This document shows, one piece after another, positions 1-12,917 of a stretch of 64,000 nucleotides of DNA. The translations under genes were made by a program, and so were the position numbers. The DNA comes from Lytechinus pictus (taxonomy: Eukaryota): contig NC_087245.1 of the NCBI RefSeq assembly GCF_037042905.1, forward strand, positions 2,668,001 through 2,732,000, given 5' to 3'. Below the pieces are notes generated by a model that made no database searches, was not told the DNA's origin, and worked only from the letters and a program-made list of their open reading frames with translations. Position 1 is the first letter of the stretch. Each line of letters begins with the position of its first letter.

Positions 1-1068
1 CAGTTGTCTTTCTTTAGATTGAATGCGTCAACAAATTACAGTAAAATTTATATGACCATATCATGTACAAACTACCTAGCGCATGCTAAAAACGATACAT
101 GCCTGTTAAGCTTACTCCAAGTCTCCAATATTTATTTGCTATAAATGATAAGAGACTTACCATTACTCTAGAGGAATTCAATCATTCAAACCAATACACC
201 TAAAGTACTATCGGTACATTAAACCGAGATCTCTTTTGACCTAATAAAATTTCCACTATTTTTATTTCAAATTATAGGAAGTACAAATTTTCTTCTTTTA
301 AAATATATAAGAAATTTCATGTATTTCCTTAAATGATACTAATTTGGAAAATAATGAGCCTGCCATCATTATTGACGTGTAGACCTCATCCTATACCCTC
401 ATATTGGAATTAAATAACAATTTCTGCAAGAGTTAAGTACCGTTACGACCTTTCACACATCAACAGGACATTGTAATATGATCTACATTGGATGAGGCTA
501 TAACTGATGGTAATTCGTACAGGAAAAAGAAAAAGACATGCAATCCTCCAAATGTAATTGCTAGCAGTATATTTGTGTTTATGAATTTGAAACTAGACAA
601 TTATTTCATGAATGTCCCAGAACAGAAAATATTTTCTGAAAGGGCGAGGGGTAAATGTGCCTATAAAAAGGACAATGTCACTGTCTGCCTTTCATATTTT
701 GTCTGATAAAAATACAGTGTACTTGTACACTTACTCTGTAGTCTGTATGTTCATTTTCATTTTTGAAGTTGAACAACGATAATTGGTCAAGGTTAGATCT
801 CAAATGTTGAATTTCATTTTGACATTTAAGTCTAAAAATCTAAACTAGAAGACATTGAATACACACTTTGTTTCTCATTATAATGTCATAACTTTCTTAT
901 TTTACATCCAATGTTGATGAAATTTTCATTGCTATGCTTGTTAGAATTTTTTGTTGGGTGGACGTGTCCTTTTTAATAACCTAACAATCCATACAAAAGA
1001 GAATGATGACAACGATAATGAAGTAATTCACCTGTAACAAATGTCTGACTGACCTTTAAATAAAAAAT

Positions 1069-1225
1069 GGGCTCTGTTGCATAAAATTTACCATTATGGT
1101 AACTTACCCACCAAATGGTAACTTATCTGGAATCCTTGATTTTGATTGGCTGTTGATTATCGTTACCATGGTAGTTACCATTGGATGGCAAAATTATTAT
1201 AATAGTAACTTTTATGCAACGGCCC
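1069..1225. mobile_element. Short palindromic MITE
   Basis: Ends GGGCTCTGTTGCATAAAA ... TTTTATGCAACGGCCC are imperfect inverted repeats. Internal TTACCAT/ATGGTAA motifs. Related to 56726-56878. Confidence 0.7.
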
Positions 1226-4200
1226 CCCCCCCCCCCGGTCATGTAAACAACTTTATGTATGTTTACATGCAAACACAGTGTATGGAAGGGTATCTTTAAT
1301 GGTCACATTTTCAAAATAAAGGTTTCCAACCAGGACAATATTTGATCTTTCTCTTCATCATTAATTTTGTCTAAAAGCAAATTTAATCATCAATACCCAC
1401 ATTTACATAGAAGTTTATGAATGAAATTTTTTTTTTAGAAACATACATTACACAATACATTTACTTACAAAAAAAGTGTCAAAAGTGACATATCCAGTCT
1501 ATACAAAGAAGCCAGAGAACCTATTATTTCTCAAAAGATTGAATATATTCTGATATCAAAATACGCATAAAAGGTTACCCCCTCCCTCACTAATAAAAAA
1601 AAAGTATCATCTTGGGACCATCATAAAGGAACAACTATATGGGTGAAAGTTTTATTCATGGTTTAATAAGTGAATATTCCTGGGATTATTTATTGTATTT
1701 GAAGTAATGTTACATATTTCGACGTGCAGATATATTTCAGAAGATTTTATCTAGTTAAAAAAAAATTATGTTTAAAAAAAGTGGTATCATTCTTGTCTTT
1801 AGATTGTCTAAATTTAAAGCCAACTGGACTAATTTAGATTTGATTATCTAGAATTTGTTGCTTCCTTTCTTTTAATGTATATTTTTAATTTCATGTTATT
1901 TTGTAAAAGAATCTCTGATATAAATTTGTTTGATTAGCGAATTGAATCAACCTTTTTCCCCCTTCAAATTAATAAAGAAGTTAACTTACCAATTTCTGAA
2001 TCGTACATAATCATGTAAGTTCCAGAAAGATATTGATTTGGGGCTGGCCATCTTTTGGAATGACTGTCTTTCATCATTTTGAGTATAGTTCCAATGTAAT
2101 GTTCAGCAGTTCCTTTAAATTAGCTCACATAGCGTATGTGGAGATATCCAGTAGGCATAGGCTTTATCCAATTTATAACAATGTTTTGATAGATATAATC
2201 CATAGTTCATCTTGAATTTTGATCCAATTTATCACAACTTCAGATTCTTATATTCCTTTAGATTGTCTGTCCTGGATGATGAAGATATCCACAGTAAACA
2301 TTTATTCATAAATCTTCATCTTGAGAAGAGCAGCAATCAGAAATAAACATAAACACCTGGCACCTAAGACTACATGTAGTATTGAATGCAAAACACAAAG
2401 GAGACTTGGAATACAACTAACTTTACAAATGGTCTATAATAAACATTGAAGAAAGGCTAGAATACACACTTTGATGGAGTTCAAACTTAGGCATATATAG
2501 ATTACAAACTTAGGTGTAAATATTCACAATCGAATGGTACATGCCTCAAAATCCAAAACAACAACAACAACAATAATGTAGAACTTTCAGACAAAAGTGG
2601 TGCCAATGCCAGGAAGCCCCCTCACACTAAAGGTAGGAGGAAAAAGCTCTCAGAAATTTCCTTATCTGCATCCTGGATGCATTCTCTATCTCTTGGCAAC
2701 TTTATATTCAATCAAATTGATCCAATAAAAATGAAGAATTCAAGAGACACACTACAAAGGAGAAAGGGATTGAATAGAAGTAAGTTAATGTTCATAAAAC
2801 TGGAAGAGCAAAGCATTACCAATGATCAACAAAACAAAATGGCAAGGGGCATGGATAACAATGTTTATGACAGATAATGAAAAGAGACATGTTCTCTTGT
2901 ATTATATTAGTATTATACAGCCATGGTCTGACTGAGCAACAACAAAAGTAGATTAGTCTATAATATTCATATTGCTCATCTCATTGTGATGGACAAGTTA
3001 ATCCCAGAAGGCCAGAATGCTTTGCTTGAACTCTTCAGTTCAGTACCAGCATACCAGAGGGCTGGTCACATACCAATTTATCCTCAGATGAGATGTCACT
3101 CACGTAGAAATTATCCTCATAATTAGCTCCAGTCGGTCAGCTCGACTAGCCATTATTCCTCCAGTATATTGCAAAGAGGCACCAGAGTTGGGTTCTTGAA
3201 GAAGACAGCAGAAGTCTACATCAATCAAACACTGCTTTACGTGACAACGACTCAGGGAACTTGGCAAACAATTGGAAAATCATTTTATCAATGTCTTCAA
3301 AATGTTCTCCTCTGTGACATAAATAAAATATTCATAGACCACACAAAAGGCATTGGATTTAAATACACAAACAGCAATCATATTTTTGTTGCAAAATAAC
3401 AAAAAGTAGACATCTAAAAAACAATGTCTCTTTGAGAATAGATCTACTGCACAACTACTTCCCTTTATTTCAAGTATCCATTAAATCATCTACCTGTTAT
3501 CTGAATGCTGTTTACAGGTAACCTGTCATAAAGTAGGCTAATATCTTCAAGTGCCTTTCAAAACCAAAGGCACATGAAAACAAAAATCATGTTACTTTGC
3601 TAGGTGAATCACTGTTGAGAGTCATAGATTGAAGCCACTCTAGACACAAAGTTTATTGTTTCCCAGAAATACTGTAACCACAATGAACCAGACCCAGGGA
3701 TGGACATCAACTTTTCATTTTCATTCACCATGGTCCCATGCACCTAAACTCTGGTAATGTTTGTCACTCTATTAAATTCAGAAGCATATCGGTCTGAAAC
3801 ACAAAGATCCACTGATTGCCTTGCCATTTTTCCCTCTTTGACAAATCGTGATAAAAAGTCAAAGTGAGAACTGTTTTCAAACATGTATGATCCAAACTTG
3901 AGAAGTACAGATGTGACCATGGGAATATCAAGCATAGCATGCCATTATGATTCTATGCAGCGTTATTCAACTGCATTTGACAAGCATGGTGCACTCAAAA
4001 TATGGAATGAGAAAATGTTAAGTTCAAAGATCATATAGTTGTGTCTCCTCTCCTGATAGTGCAAGACATGGCTATCTATAAACAATGCATGGTTCCTTAA
4101 AAAAAAGCAAGAATGATATAGAGCAGAAATGATAACTTGGAAGATACACTATTCAACAAACAGGTTTTAATGTGTGCCTTTGCAGCCTACAAGTTACAAA

Positions 4201-6923
4201 CTGCCAGTCTCCAATGCAAAAAGTCCTTTGGTACCATATGGGATCCTAATGAATAAGATTTCACATTCAATATTAACCTCCAACAATGAAACATCAGCAA
4301 TATGGAGGACTATAGGACCAAATTTGATGACAATGTCAGAGCACAGAACTGACCTACAAATGGCTCCAACAGGCAACAACCAACCTGTTTCTGAAGTACA
4401 GATGCAAATAGGCCATAGTAGGTATTTGACAGACCCACCATGTAACCAACAAATTAAATTGTCATGCTTTCTCAATATGCTTCTTTCAGTCTGCACAAAT
4501 AGTAATCATTAGTTTCTCAATTAAATTCAGTTGAGTCCAAGTGATCAATAAAATGGGGCCTCACCTCTGCAACAGTGTTCTCCTCATACCATCCAAATGG
4601 ATGCCACAACATAAGACTATAACTATGTCCAGTAGAACGCGAACAGAATATCATCAACGAAACATGACGTAGAAGTAGATTTAATCCCTCTACAACATGA
4701 TCTCTACTCATTCCAACCCAGTACCAGGACAGAGCCCATTTCACAAGGCAACACCCATGATAAGCTCACCTGATACAACAATCCTCTTCCAATTCACTTG
4801 AAAAACCACTGCACCATACAGATCACTAATTCATTTGTGGACAGTTAGAGTTCTGTGAGCTAACCAAAAATCCCGGCTTTATTTTGAATGGGAAGAAAAG
4901 AAATGAATAGGAGAGAATCTGAGGATCTTTTGTTGTCTCTAGAAAAACCACAGATTATAGAAGCCCATGGTGCATACGAAAGACCACTGTATGTATACAT
5001 TTAATAAGCTCTTCCTTATATGATCTTCCTTTTCACTATGATTTGAGATTAGGAATAAAATCTCATAAAAAGATAGTGACAATGAGGGTGAAAACACATC
5101 CATATGTACTATAATACACACTGGCAGTGGAAAAAACAAATACTGGTACAGCCTCTATTAAACCTACCACTGAACTGGACATAAGTGTCTAGACATTGGC
5201 ACCTGACATTGGAATATTGAATCTTGGATGCGATCAAGGCAAAATGAGTTCACACTAAGCGAAAATAAATGGAAAAAAAACCCCAACTAATTAATGAAAT
5301 TTTGAAGAAAATAAAAATCATTATGAGTAGGCCTAAAAAAATACAAAATCTATCAGTACAAATATCAGGAAAATCTCATCAATTAATACCTTAGTGCATG
5401 GTGTCACGAGAAAGAAATACCTCTAGAATCATAAACACCCCACAACTCAAGTACTTTTCTGCCACTTTGTGTCTTGATGACTTTGCGTACATTCTTTTAT
5501 AATAGACTGGCCATAACAAGCAACTAATCATTAATCAGGAATTCAGATATAAAGCTCTCTCACCAACAAGCAGCATAATTCCAATGAAGTCATTGACCTT
5601 GAATTTCCCAAAGGTAGTCCCTTAAGACAGGGAATAGTAGTAGTAAACAATTAATCATGTTTGTTTTGTAACTGAACCTTTATCAAGCTCAACAAACATT
5701 GCTACCATATACTCCGGTGGTTTAAGAATCATTACATGTAAAGCAATAAGATAATGGCAAAATAGATGCAAACAAAACTATCCAATATAATTCTGTAAGA
5801 AAAAATTTAGGAGGAACATTAGTAGTGCTGGGGAAAAAGTATAAGGTCCGGTTAACTCATTGTATATCAATCAAGATGGAAAAGTCACAATTCGTCCTAC
5901 CAAAGAATTGAAGTGGATTAATAACTCATACCTGTACAAAAAAAAAATCTGATGAAACATATGGCATTGTTTTTAGCACTCTGAAAGTTCTATGAATTGA
6001 ACAAATATTATATTTCAGCAGTGTTATGGAAATTAATGTTGAACCAGAGTACATGTAGCAGACAAAGACCTGTATGAGTCATTAATATTTATTCTTTCAA
6101 ACCTGAGAGCGTATATTAAAAAAAAATGTAATTCATCAAAGGAGCTAACTCATTAAGAACAGCTGGTTAAGAACCAAATGCATGTGGCACATAGCGTGTG
6201 TTTATGCTTCCATTTCTCAGGCCAAAATCAGCGTTTCCACACATGATTAGCTCAAAACATGGTTGCATCAATGCTTATTTTCATTTAAACAGCAAAAAGA
6301 AAAAGGAACGTTTCAAAATGCCCTTTGACCAGGATCAGGTTTCTGGGGAAGTATGAACAAGAAAATTATTGTAAACGTGTTTCTAGAGCAATGAAAATCT
6401 GCGTGCAAATATAGTCGCATTGCTTTAACAGCGAGTTCTCTAAGCTCCCTGGTTCTAATCATGGCCAATAATATGCATGAGTGTCACTGTTAATACTCCA
6501 AGAATCAAACTAACGAAACATGCATAGCACAAACAAAAACTGTAACTGATGTCTTATCATTTTTCTACATGTATAGGCCTACTCATATACTTTATTTTGT
6601 CTTACTATTATCCTCACCATGGTGGAAATTTTATGGCTATGCCAAGTAGCTCCATGTAATTTAGTAAAAATCGGAAGTTGTTCGAGGCAAAAAAAAAAGG
6701 ACCAAACAACCTTCGGGGGGGGGGGGGGAGGGGGGGTTAAAAAAAATGCGCACCCAGTATTACCTAACACTCTTGCTCAAGCCAGCTCAAGCCGATGCCA
6801 GCTGCAGATAGTGATTTCGCTCTGAAAAATTAAGTAAACAGTATTCCTAGAACCACATTTCGGCATTCTGAAACGATGTTTGAAAACGCTGATTCTGTCT
6901 TCGCTATGTACTAACATCACCTC

Positions 6924-7092
6924 ATCTATAATCAGTTGTAATTCAAATGATAGTTTTTTCCCAAGTTTCTAAATTTCCCACTTTTTCGTCCACCCATCCA
7001 CAAAGCATATCTATAATCAGTTGTAATTCAAATGATAGTTTTTCCCCAAGTTTCTAAATTTCCCACTTTTTCGTCCACCATCCACAAAGCAT
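6924..7092. repeat. Tandem duplication, 2 x ~85 bp
   Basis: ATCTATAATCAGTTG...CACAAAGCAT at 6924-7008 and 7009-7092, nearly identical. Confidence 0.95.
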
Positions 7093-7109
7093 TTGGTTTA
7101 CAGTATTAA

Positions 7110-7699
7110 AGGTCAAGTCCACCCCAGGAAAATGCTGACTTGAATAAATAGAGAAAATCAAACTAGCATAGTACTGAAAATTTCATCAAAATCGGATATA
7201 AAATAAGAAAGTTATGACATTTTAGAGTTTCGCTTATTATTCACAAAACAGTGATATGCACAACTAGGTGAGTCAGTCGATGATGTCCATCACTCACTAT
7301 TTCTTTTGTTTTTTATTGTTTGAATTATACAATATTTTATTTTTTATAGATTTGACAATAAGGACCAACTTGACTGTACCATATAGAATTAAACAATGCT
7401 AATTCCACATGTTCAGGGAGGAATTAATCGTTGTATCACTTGACAATAAGGAGAAAATTAGAATATTTCATATTTCAGATAATAAAATACAAAAGAAATA
7501 GTGAGTAGATGACGTCATAGTCTCCTCATTTGCATACCAGCCAGGAGGTGCATATAACTGTTTTGTGAAATTAAGCGAAACTTTAAAATGTCATACCTTT
7601 CTTATTTTACATCCGATTTTGATGAAATTGTCAGTGTTATGCTTGTTACATTTTTCTCTTTTTATTCAAATCAACTTTTTGTTGCGGTGGACTTGTCCT
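7110..7699. mobile_element. Kolobok-type non-autonomous DNA transposon (MITE), family A copy 1
   Basis: TTAA on both sides (7106-7109, 7700-7703). TIR AGGTCAAGTCCACC / GGTGGACTTGTCCT. Homologous to 29365-29955. Confidence 0.88.
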
Positions 7700-10003
7700 T
7701 TAAGGCATTGTTCAAAATGTAGACTTCTTCAACAATGCATCATATTTTGAAGAAAAAAAACACACACCTTTAGTTTCTGCAAGTGATAATCCTAGCTCAA
7801 TGAAAAAAATTACTTTAGTTCAAGTTTAAAGTTAACTATAGGTTAACTTTCTTGGCTTGTTCACAACGCTCAAGACAGAAGGGCAATCAAATAGCCAGAG
7901 ACAACTAAATGGGACTTTGTCTACATCCTTACTAGCATACATTCTTCACCATGACTCATCAAACTGAATGGACTTTCCTCTTCCAAATATAGAATTATCT
8001 TTTGGCATACCATCCATATGACAGTATCAAAAACAAAAACAAACAACACCACCTTCTAAAGTGAAGTAAAATACATTGCTGAATTTCCTCAGTCAACCAT
8101 AACTAAATGTACAACTTTAAAGACAACATGGTAATAGTAACTGCCAAGAGCAGGGAATTGTAGAGCTCTGTAAAAACACCAACATTAGTATCAAGAAGAG
8201 CTGAGTTGAATACTAGATGATTTTGCAAACATTATTTTCAGGGCAAGGTGATATTTGATACTTTATTAAATCAGTTTTCAGAATTCATATCGGTTGTCCC
8301 CCCGCCAGAGTATGTAGAAGCTTCAGAACTTAACCCATCATGGAAAAAATTATAAAATGATTAAATAGACTCACTTATTAGTACCAATTATCAAATTACC
8401 CTTAAAAAAAAAATACCCTCAAATAATTACTCTTAAAACAAGACCATGAACACTGGCCAAAATAAAATAAGGATATAAATAACACAAATTATCCATGTTG
8501 TACACTCTTTATTTTTTTGCTTGAACAAAATTGGAATACATAGAATTGTCACCTCCTGAGTCACTCAATCATTCCATGAATGCATCCTCCAGGAGCTCAA
8601 AAGGTAAACAATTTGTTCTTGACCAGCTTCTAAGCTAAACAATGGATCAAGGATGACACATTTGAATGTCCAGTGTCTCAAGAGAGTTTCAAAGTCCTGA
8701 TGTCTATTTTTATAGAACTAATCCTTGCAAAATAACCGATGACTACCCAAGGTTTGTGAGACAAGTAGAAACAATGAAGAAAGATGATGGCTTTCTACAA
8801 AAAAGTAGAGATTATTCAGACAAGCTGATAGCTATGACAAGCATCAAAAACATATTTTTCAAATAAAATTTTAGTCAATAATAATCTGATAATTTAAGAG
8901 AATAATAGGTGAAACAGGAGAATATATCAAATACTTTGAAAGACTTGAGGAGATGGTGGTATGACTATTGATATCAGTGTATTCCAATGTATTCCAAAGA
9001 CATCCAAAATGGATCAGAAAGTGATATGTTGTCATCGATGGAATCACCATAATCATCATCACTGACAACAAAGGCGCACAACTGAAGCATTCAGAGCAAT
9101 ATCTTTAACTAGTCCGATGGCTAGTGCATGTAAGAACAAAACCTTTAAAAATTCCCAAACAAGACAGAATCAATGAAAATAAAACAATATTTTCTTCACA
9201 AAACATACACAAGAGCCAGCAAGAAATTGCTACATGTATGGACCGATTACTGTCCAGATGCCGTTTGACACAACAACGTATGAAATATGATAGCTCATCT
9301 AGGAAAGATGATTCTGTTCACTTGAGCAGAACCGCAATAACCCTATCATCTTCCAGGATTGAATGAAAGACTGGGAGGAGATGATGGTAACGAGAAAGGC
9401 CATGTGACTACAGGTATAACTATGGGTATTGTCTCTCTGGTCTGGTGTTCCCCATTCTGATTTGGTTTTTAAAAGTGTTCCATCTGACTGTTTACTAATG
9501 TCTACATCTGTAGGTTTAATCATACAGGAAGTCAATGTATGCGCTCTGTCTCAAATTCCTATTCCATATGAGGATGCTCCATCATTCTCTTTCGCTTTCA
9601 TCTATTCTCCATCCTCCTTTACGTCTGACCCATTCTTCCGTTTCATTCTCAATTCATTTTTCTCTCCTCGACCTTTAACCTTCTTAAAGTGAGAAATTGG
9701 ATATGTATTTACAACAATTGTTAATTGCATTTTCATACATTCGTAATAGTTCTAACAAACATTGTGAACTTCATCACCTCTGTTCTGGGGTGATTGTTAA
9801 TTCTGCTTCTTTCTTCCTGTTTTTCTACCATATAACTCTGCATGTAAATCAGTCTGCCAAAGTCATTACCCTTCCCATTAACCCATCAGTCCATTCTTCA
9901 TCCACCCCTATTCCTTCTTCCTCTATTCCCTGATCAGTCAGTTTCTAGGAAGTTAGAAAACAATTTAAAAAAAAAATGACAGGAGTATATCTGATGAGCT
10001 TAA

Positions 10004-10397
10004 AGATAAATTCCAGTTTTGGTAACGATCTAAAAATGACTTTTTACAGAATCTAATATAATGACCACCTAAGTGTCTGTTTGTATGAATAAAAAATATG
10101 TGCCAAAGGATTCTGGAAGAAATTGTGTAATTGCTGAGAAATAAGCAAAATAAGCGCGGATTCGGTCACTTCCGTCGGGTCTTTATTTTAGCAATAATAA
10201 TACACTGTCCCACGTGTGCCTATCTGTGTTGGTGATCTTCAGTGTGAACATTTTTCAGCGTAGATTTCAAGATTTCACAAAGTTCAGTTTATGTAACTGT
10301 ACCAGATCTAGATCCTCGATGATATACTGACAATTAAGCCTTGTTTTACAGACTTTCTCATGAAATCAGTGTTTACTGCAAATACTGGAATTTCTCT
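10004..10397. mobile_element. Kolobok-type MITE, family B
   Basis: TTAA on both sides (10000-10003, 10398-10401). TIR AGATAAATTCCAG / CTGGAATTTCTCT. CpG-retaining interior. Confidence 0.8.
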
Positions 10398-11726
10398 TTA
10401 ACTAGTTTTAATTCAGGAAATAACCTTCCCCTCCTTATTTTCATAATCAAGTATAAATCGAAAGAATAAAACAACATCAGACATTCAGACGATGGCTTCA
10501 TAGTTATTAAAGAACATCATTCAATTAAGAAAGCCAAGACATACTAGTAACATGAGCTCCCATGTGTCATCTGCATTTGATAACATCATTAGAATGCAGA
10601 ATGAAACTAATTTTCCTTAGAACAAGGCTAATTGAGGCATTATAGTTGAGATGTATGTACTAGGGCATCTGGGTCTTTATTGGTTATCCCTCAATGCCCT
10701 CCATCTCATCCATGTCTGTCTCTTTCGGTTTGTGATTGCTGCTGATGCATGCAACGTCTCAGTTTACTTGCATTCAGATGTGGTCACACAACCTTTTTTC
10801 ATTTCAAGATCCTATAGATATTTGCCTTGGACTTTCAATTTGAACTGATCTAGAGCACCATGCTACATTGTTGGGTTGCTTGTGGGAGGGTATCATGTTG
10901 AATAAAGTAGGGGCTGGCAGAAGTGTAGGCCTATGGGGCATGCACTAATAATTTCATACGGAGCACATGTATGTGAACTAAAAAGCACTTTTGTGAGATA
11001 CAAACATGGCATTCTTTGTTTTTTTTTCCTTTAGCAGAGAATAGTCTACTGCATATTGAGTATGGAGCACTTGACCCTTTTGACCAGGGTAGTTCTGGGT
11101 TGTGAGATGCTCTCTGGTGCAATCAGAGCCTTATTTTCTAGTAGATGAGATGTTTAGAAATAAAACAGCTTTAAAAACTATTTCAACATAAATACTACAG
11201 AAACTTGTAAAATATGCAGATTTTACCAATTTTCTTTAAAACAAAATGATTGTGTTTTTTTCAAAGCCTAAAGAAAGTAATAGTAAATTGGGAAGTGGAA
11301 CCATTATTCAGGAGCCTTGGCATCTTTCTGAAAACTTTGATGAAGAGATATTTCCCATAATTTCAACAAAGCAGGCGGAGGGAAAAAAATGCCTCAAATT
11401 TGCTATGGATTTAAAGTAAATTGCTCTTTCTTTCTTTTCTGTTGTTTTTCTCTTTCTGATGCTTGGATTTTAGTGGAAAAAGTTTCATTCTCCCCACTCC
11501 CACTCCACCCAGTATATAAATGTCCTTTTAAATCTGGAGGAAGAAACAAGTATCATATGCAAATTATTTTAGCAGTGGACATGAAAACCTGTTTGTAAAG
11601 GCCTAGTTTTACTTGTCTATACACACAGTCACGCACCACACGCTTACATTTGTTTTTAAAAACATGATGTGATTTCCATCTTGCCCCAAACACTATAGAG
11701 GATATGTCAATTTTCATAGAAGCTAA

Positions 11727-12227
11727 GGGAGTGTTCAATGTCGGTTTTCAAATTTAAATGGCAACATGGATCATGATTGAAAACGAGATTACAAAACATG
11801 AATATAATGAGAAACAAAGGGTGTGTTCAATGTCCTCTATTTCCGGTCGTAAAAGTAAACGTCTTTCAAATCACGATTCGGAGGAAAATTTAAATATAAA
11901 AAAGTGCGTTTGTAAACACGATCAGCTCAAATTTACGTCATCGAGCATCGCGAATGCGACATTGAACACAATTGTGTATTGAAACATCTTTAAATTTGTT
12001 CTTGCAGTGCAAGCCTACACAAACAGGGGCAAGAACTGACCTTTCTTGTGATGGGTCAAAGCTGCGCTAACGAAAGCTGGAAATTTAAAGACGATCAAAA
12101 TATAAACGGCTTTATATTTTCGACACTGAACGGTGCACCGCTGATTTGTGTTTGTTGTTTTGGAATTGAGTTTTCAATCATGATTCATGTTGCTGTTTAA
12201 ATTTGAAAATCGACATTGAACACACCC
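11727..12227. mobile_element. PIF/Harbinger-type MITE
   Basis: TAA on both sides (11724-11726, 12228-12230). ~55 bp TIR GGGAGTGTTCAATGTCGGTTTTCAAATTTAAA... / ...TTTAAATTTGAAAATCGACATTGAACACACCC. Internal copies of the terminal motif. Confidence 0.85.
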
Positions 12228-12423
12228 TAAGGTTCATTGGGTGAACTGATAAACTAATCATGAATATTCTGTGGCAGTAGCAGAACAAAAACTCCCATTG
12301 TGATTTCTTTCATGTGGTTATGAAGCATTTACAAAAGAGACATCCTCCTTTGGATTGCTGGAGGTACAGTACACTAATTTCTTTACCTCTCTTTGAAAAC
12401 ACCAATAAGGGATGTCACTTTAA

Positions 12424-12917
12424 AGGGAAGGTCACCCTGACAAAAAGTTTATTGTAAAAATTAGCAGGAAATATAAAAAAAATATTGCCTAAGGTTTGAG
12501 AAAAATCCATCAAAGAATTAAAAAAGTTATCAGCATCTTAATCATTTGATTTCTGACATCATATGCGAGCAGCATTCCTACATAGCGAATGGTAAAAAAT
12601 CGATGAAATGTCATTTTCTCCGAAAATTGAAAATGTTTTTTACTGTACATTTTGTATATCAATAGACAAATTATTTCACACCCGATAATGAAAAAAAAAA
12701 TGTCATCAGGAACCATCAAAAAATTGAAATTCATTCATTTTATTTTACATAACATATGGGGCAGCTGCTCGTTTATGACGTCACAAATCCAAAACTTAAA
12801 ATTCTAATAACTTTCTTAATCTATAACGTATTTTCCTCAAACCTTCACAAATACTTTTTATTATTTTTTCTGCTATTTTTACAACAAACTTTTCTTCATG
12901 CAGGGTGAACTTCCCCT
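12424..12917. mobile_element. Kolobok-type MITE, family C copy 1
   Basis: TTAA|AGGGAAGGTCACCCTG ... CAGGGTGAACTTCCCCT|CTAA. Homologous along its length to 63229-63725. Confidence 0.82.

Noticed and set aside
161..199. 39-nt minus-strand exon candidate (tttag|...ATG|GTAAGT)
   Set aside because: Stop codons in all three frames and no DIP2 similarity.
1430..2340. Possible degraded LINE 3' end on the minus strand
   Set aside because: No recognisable reverse-transcriptase or endonuclease motif could be read; too decayed to support.
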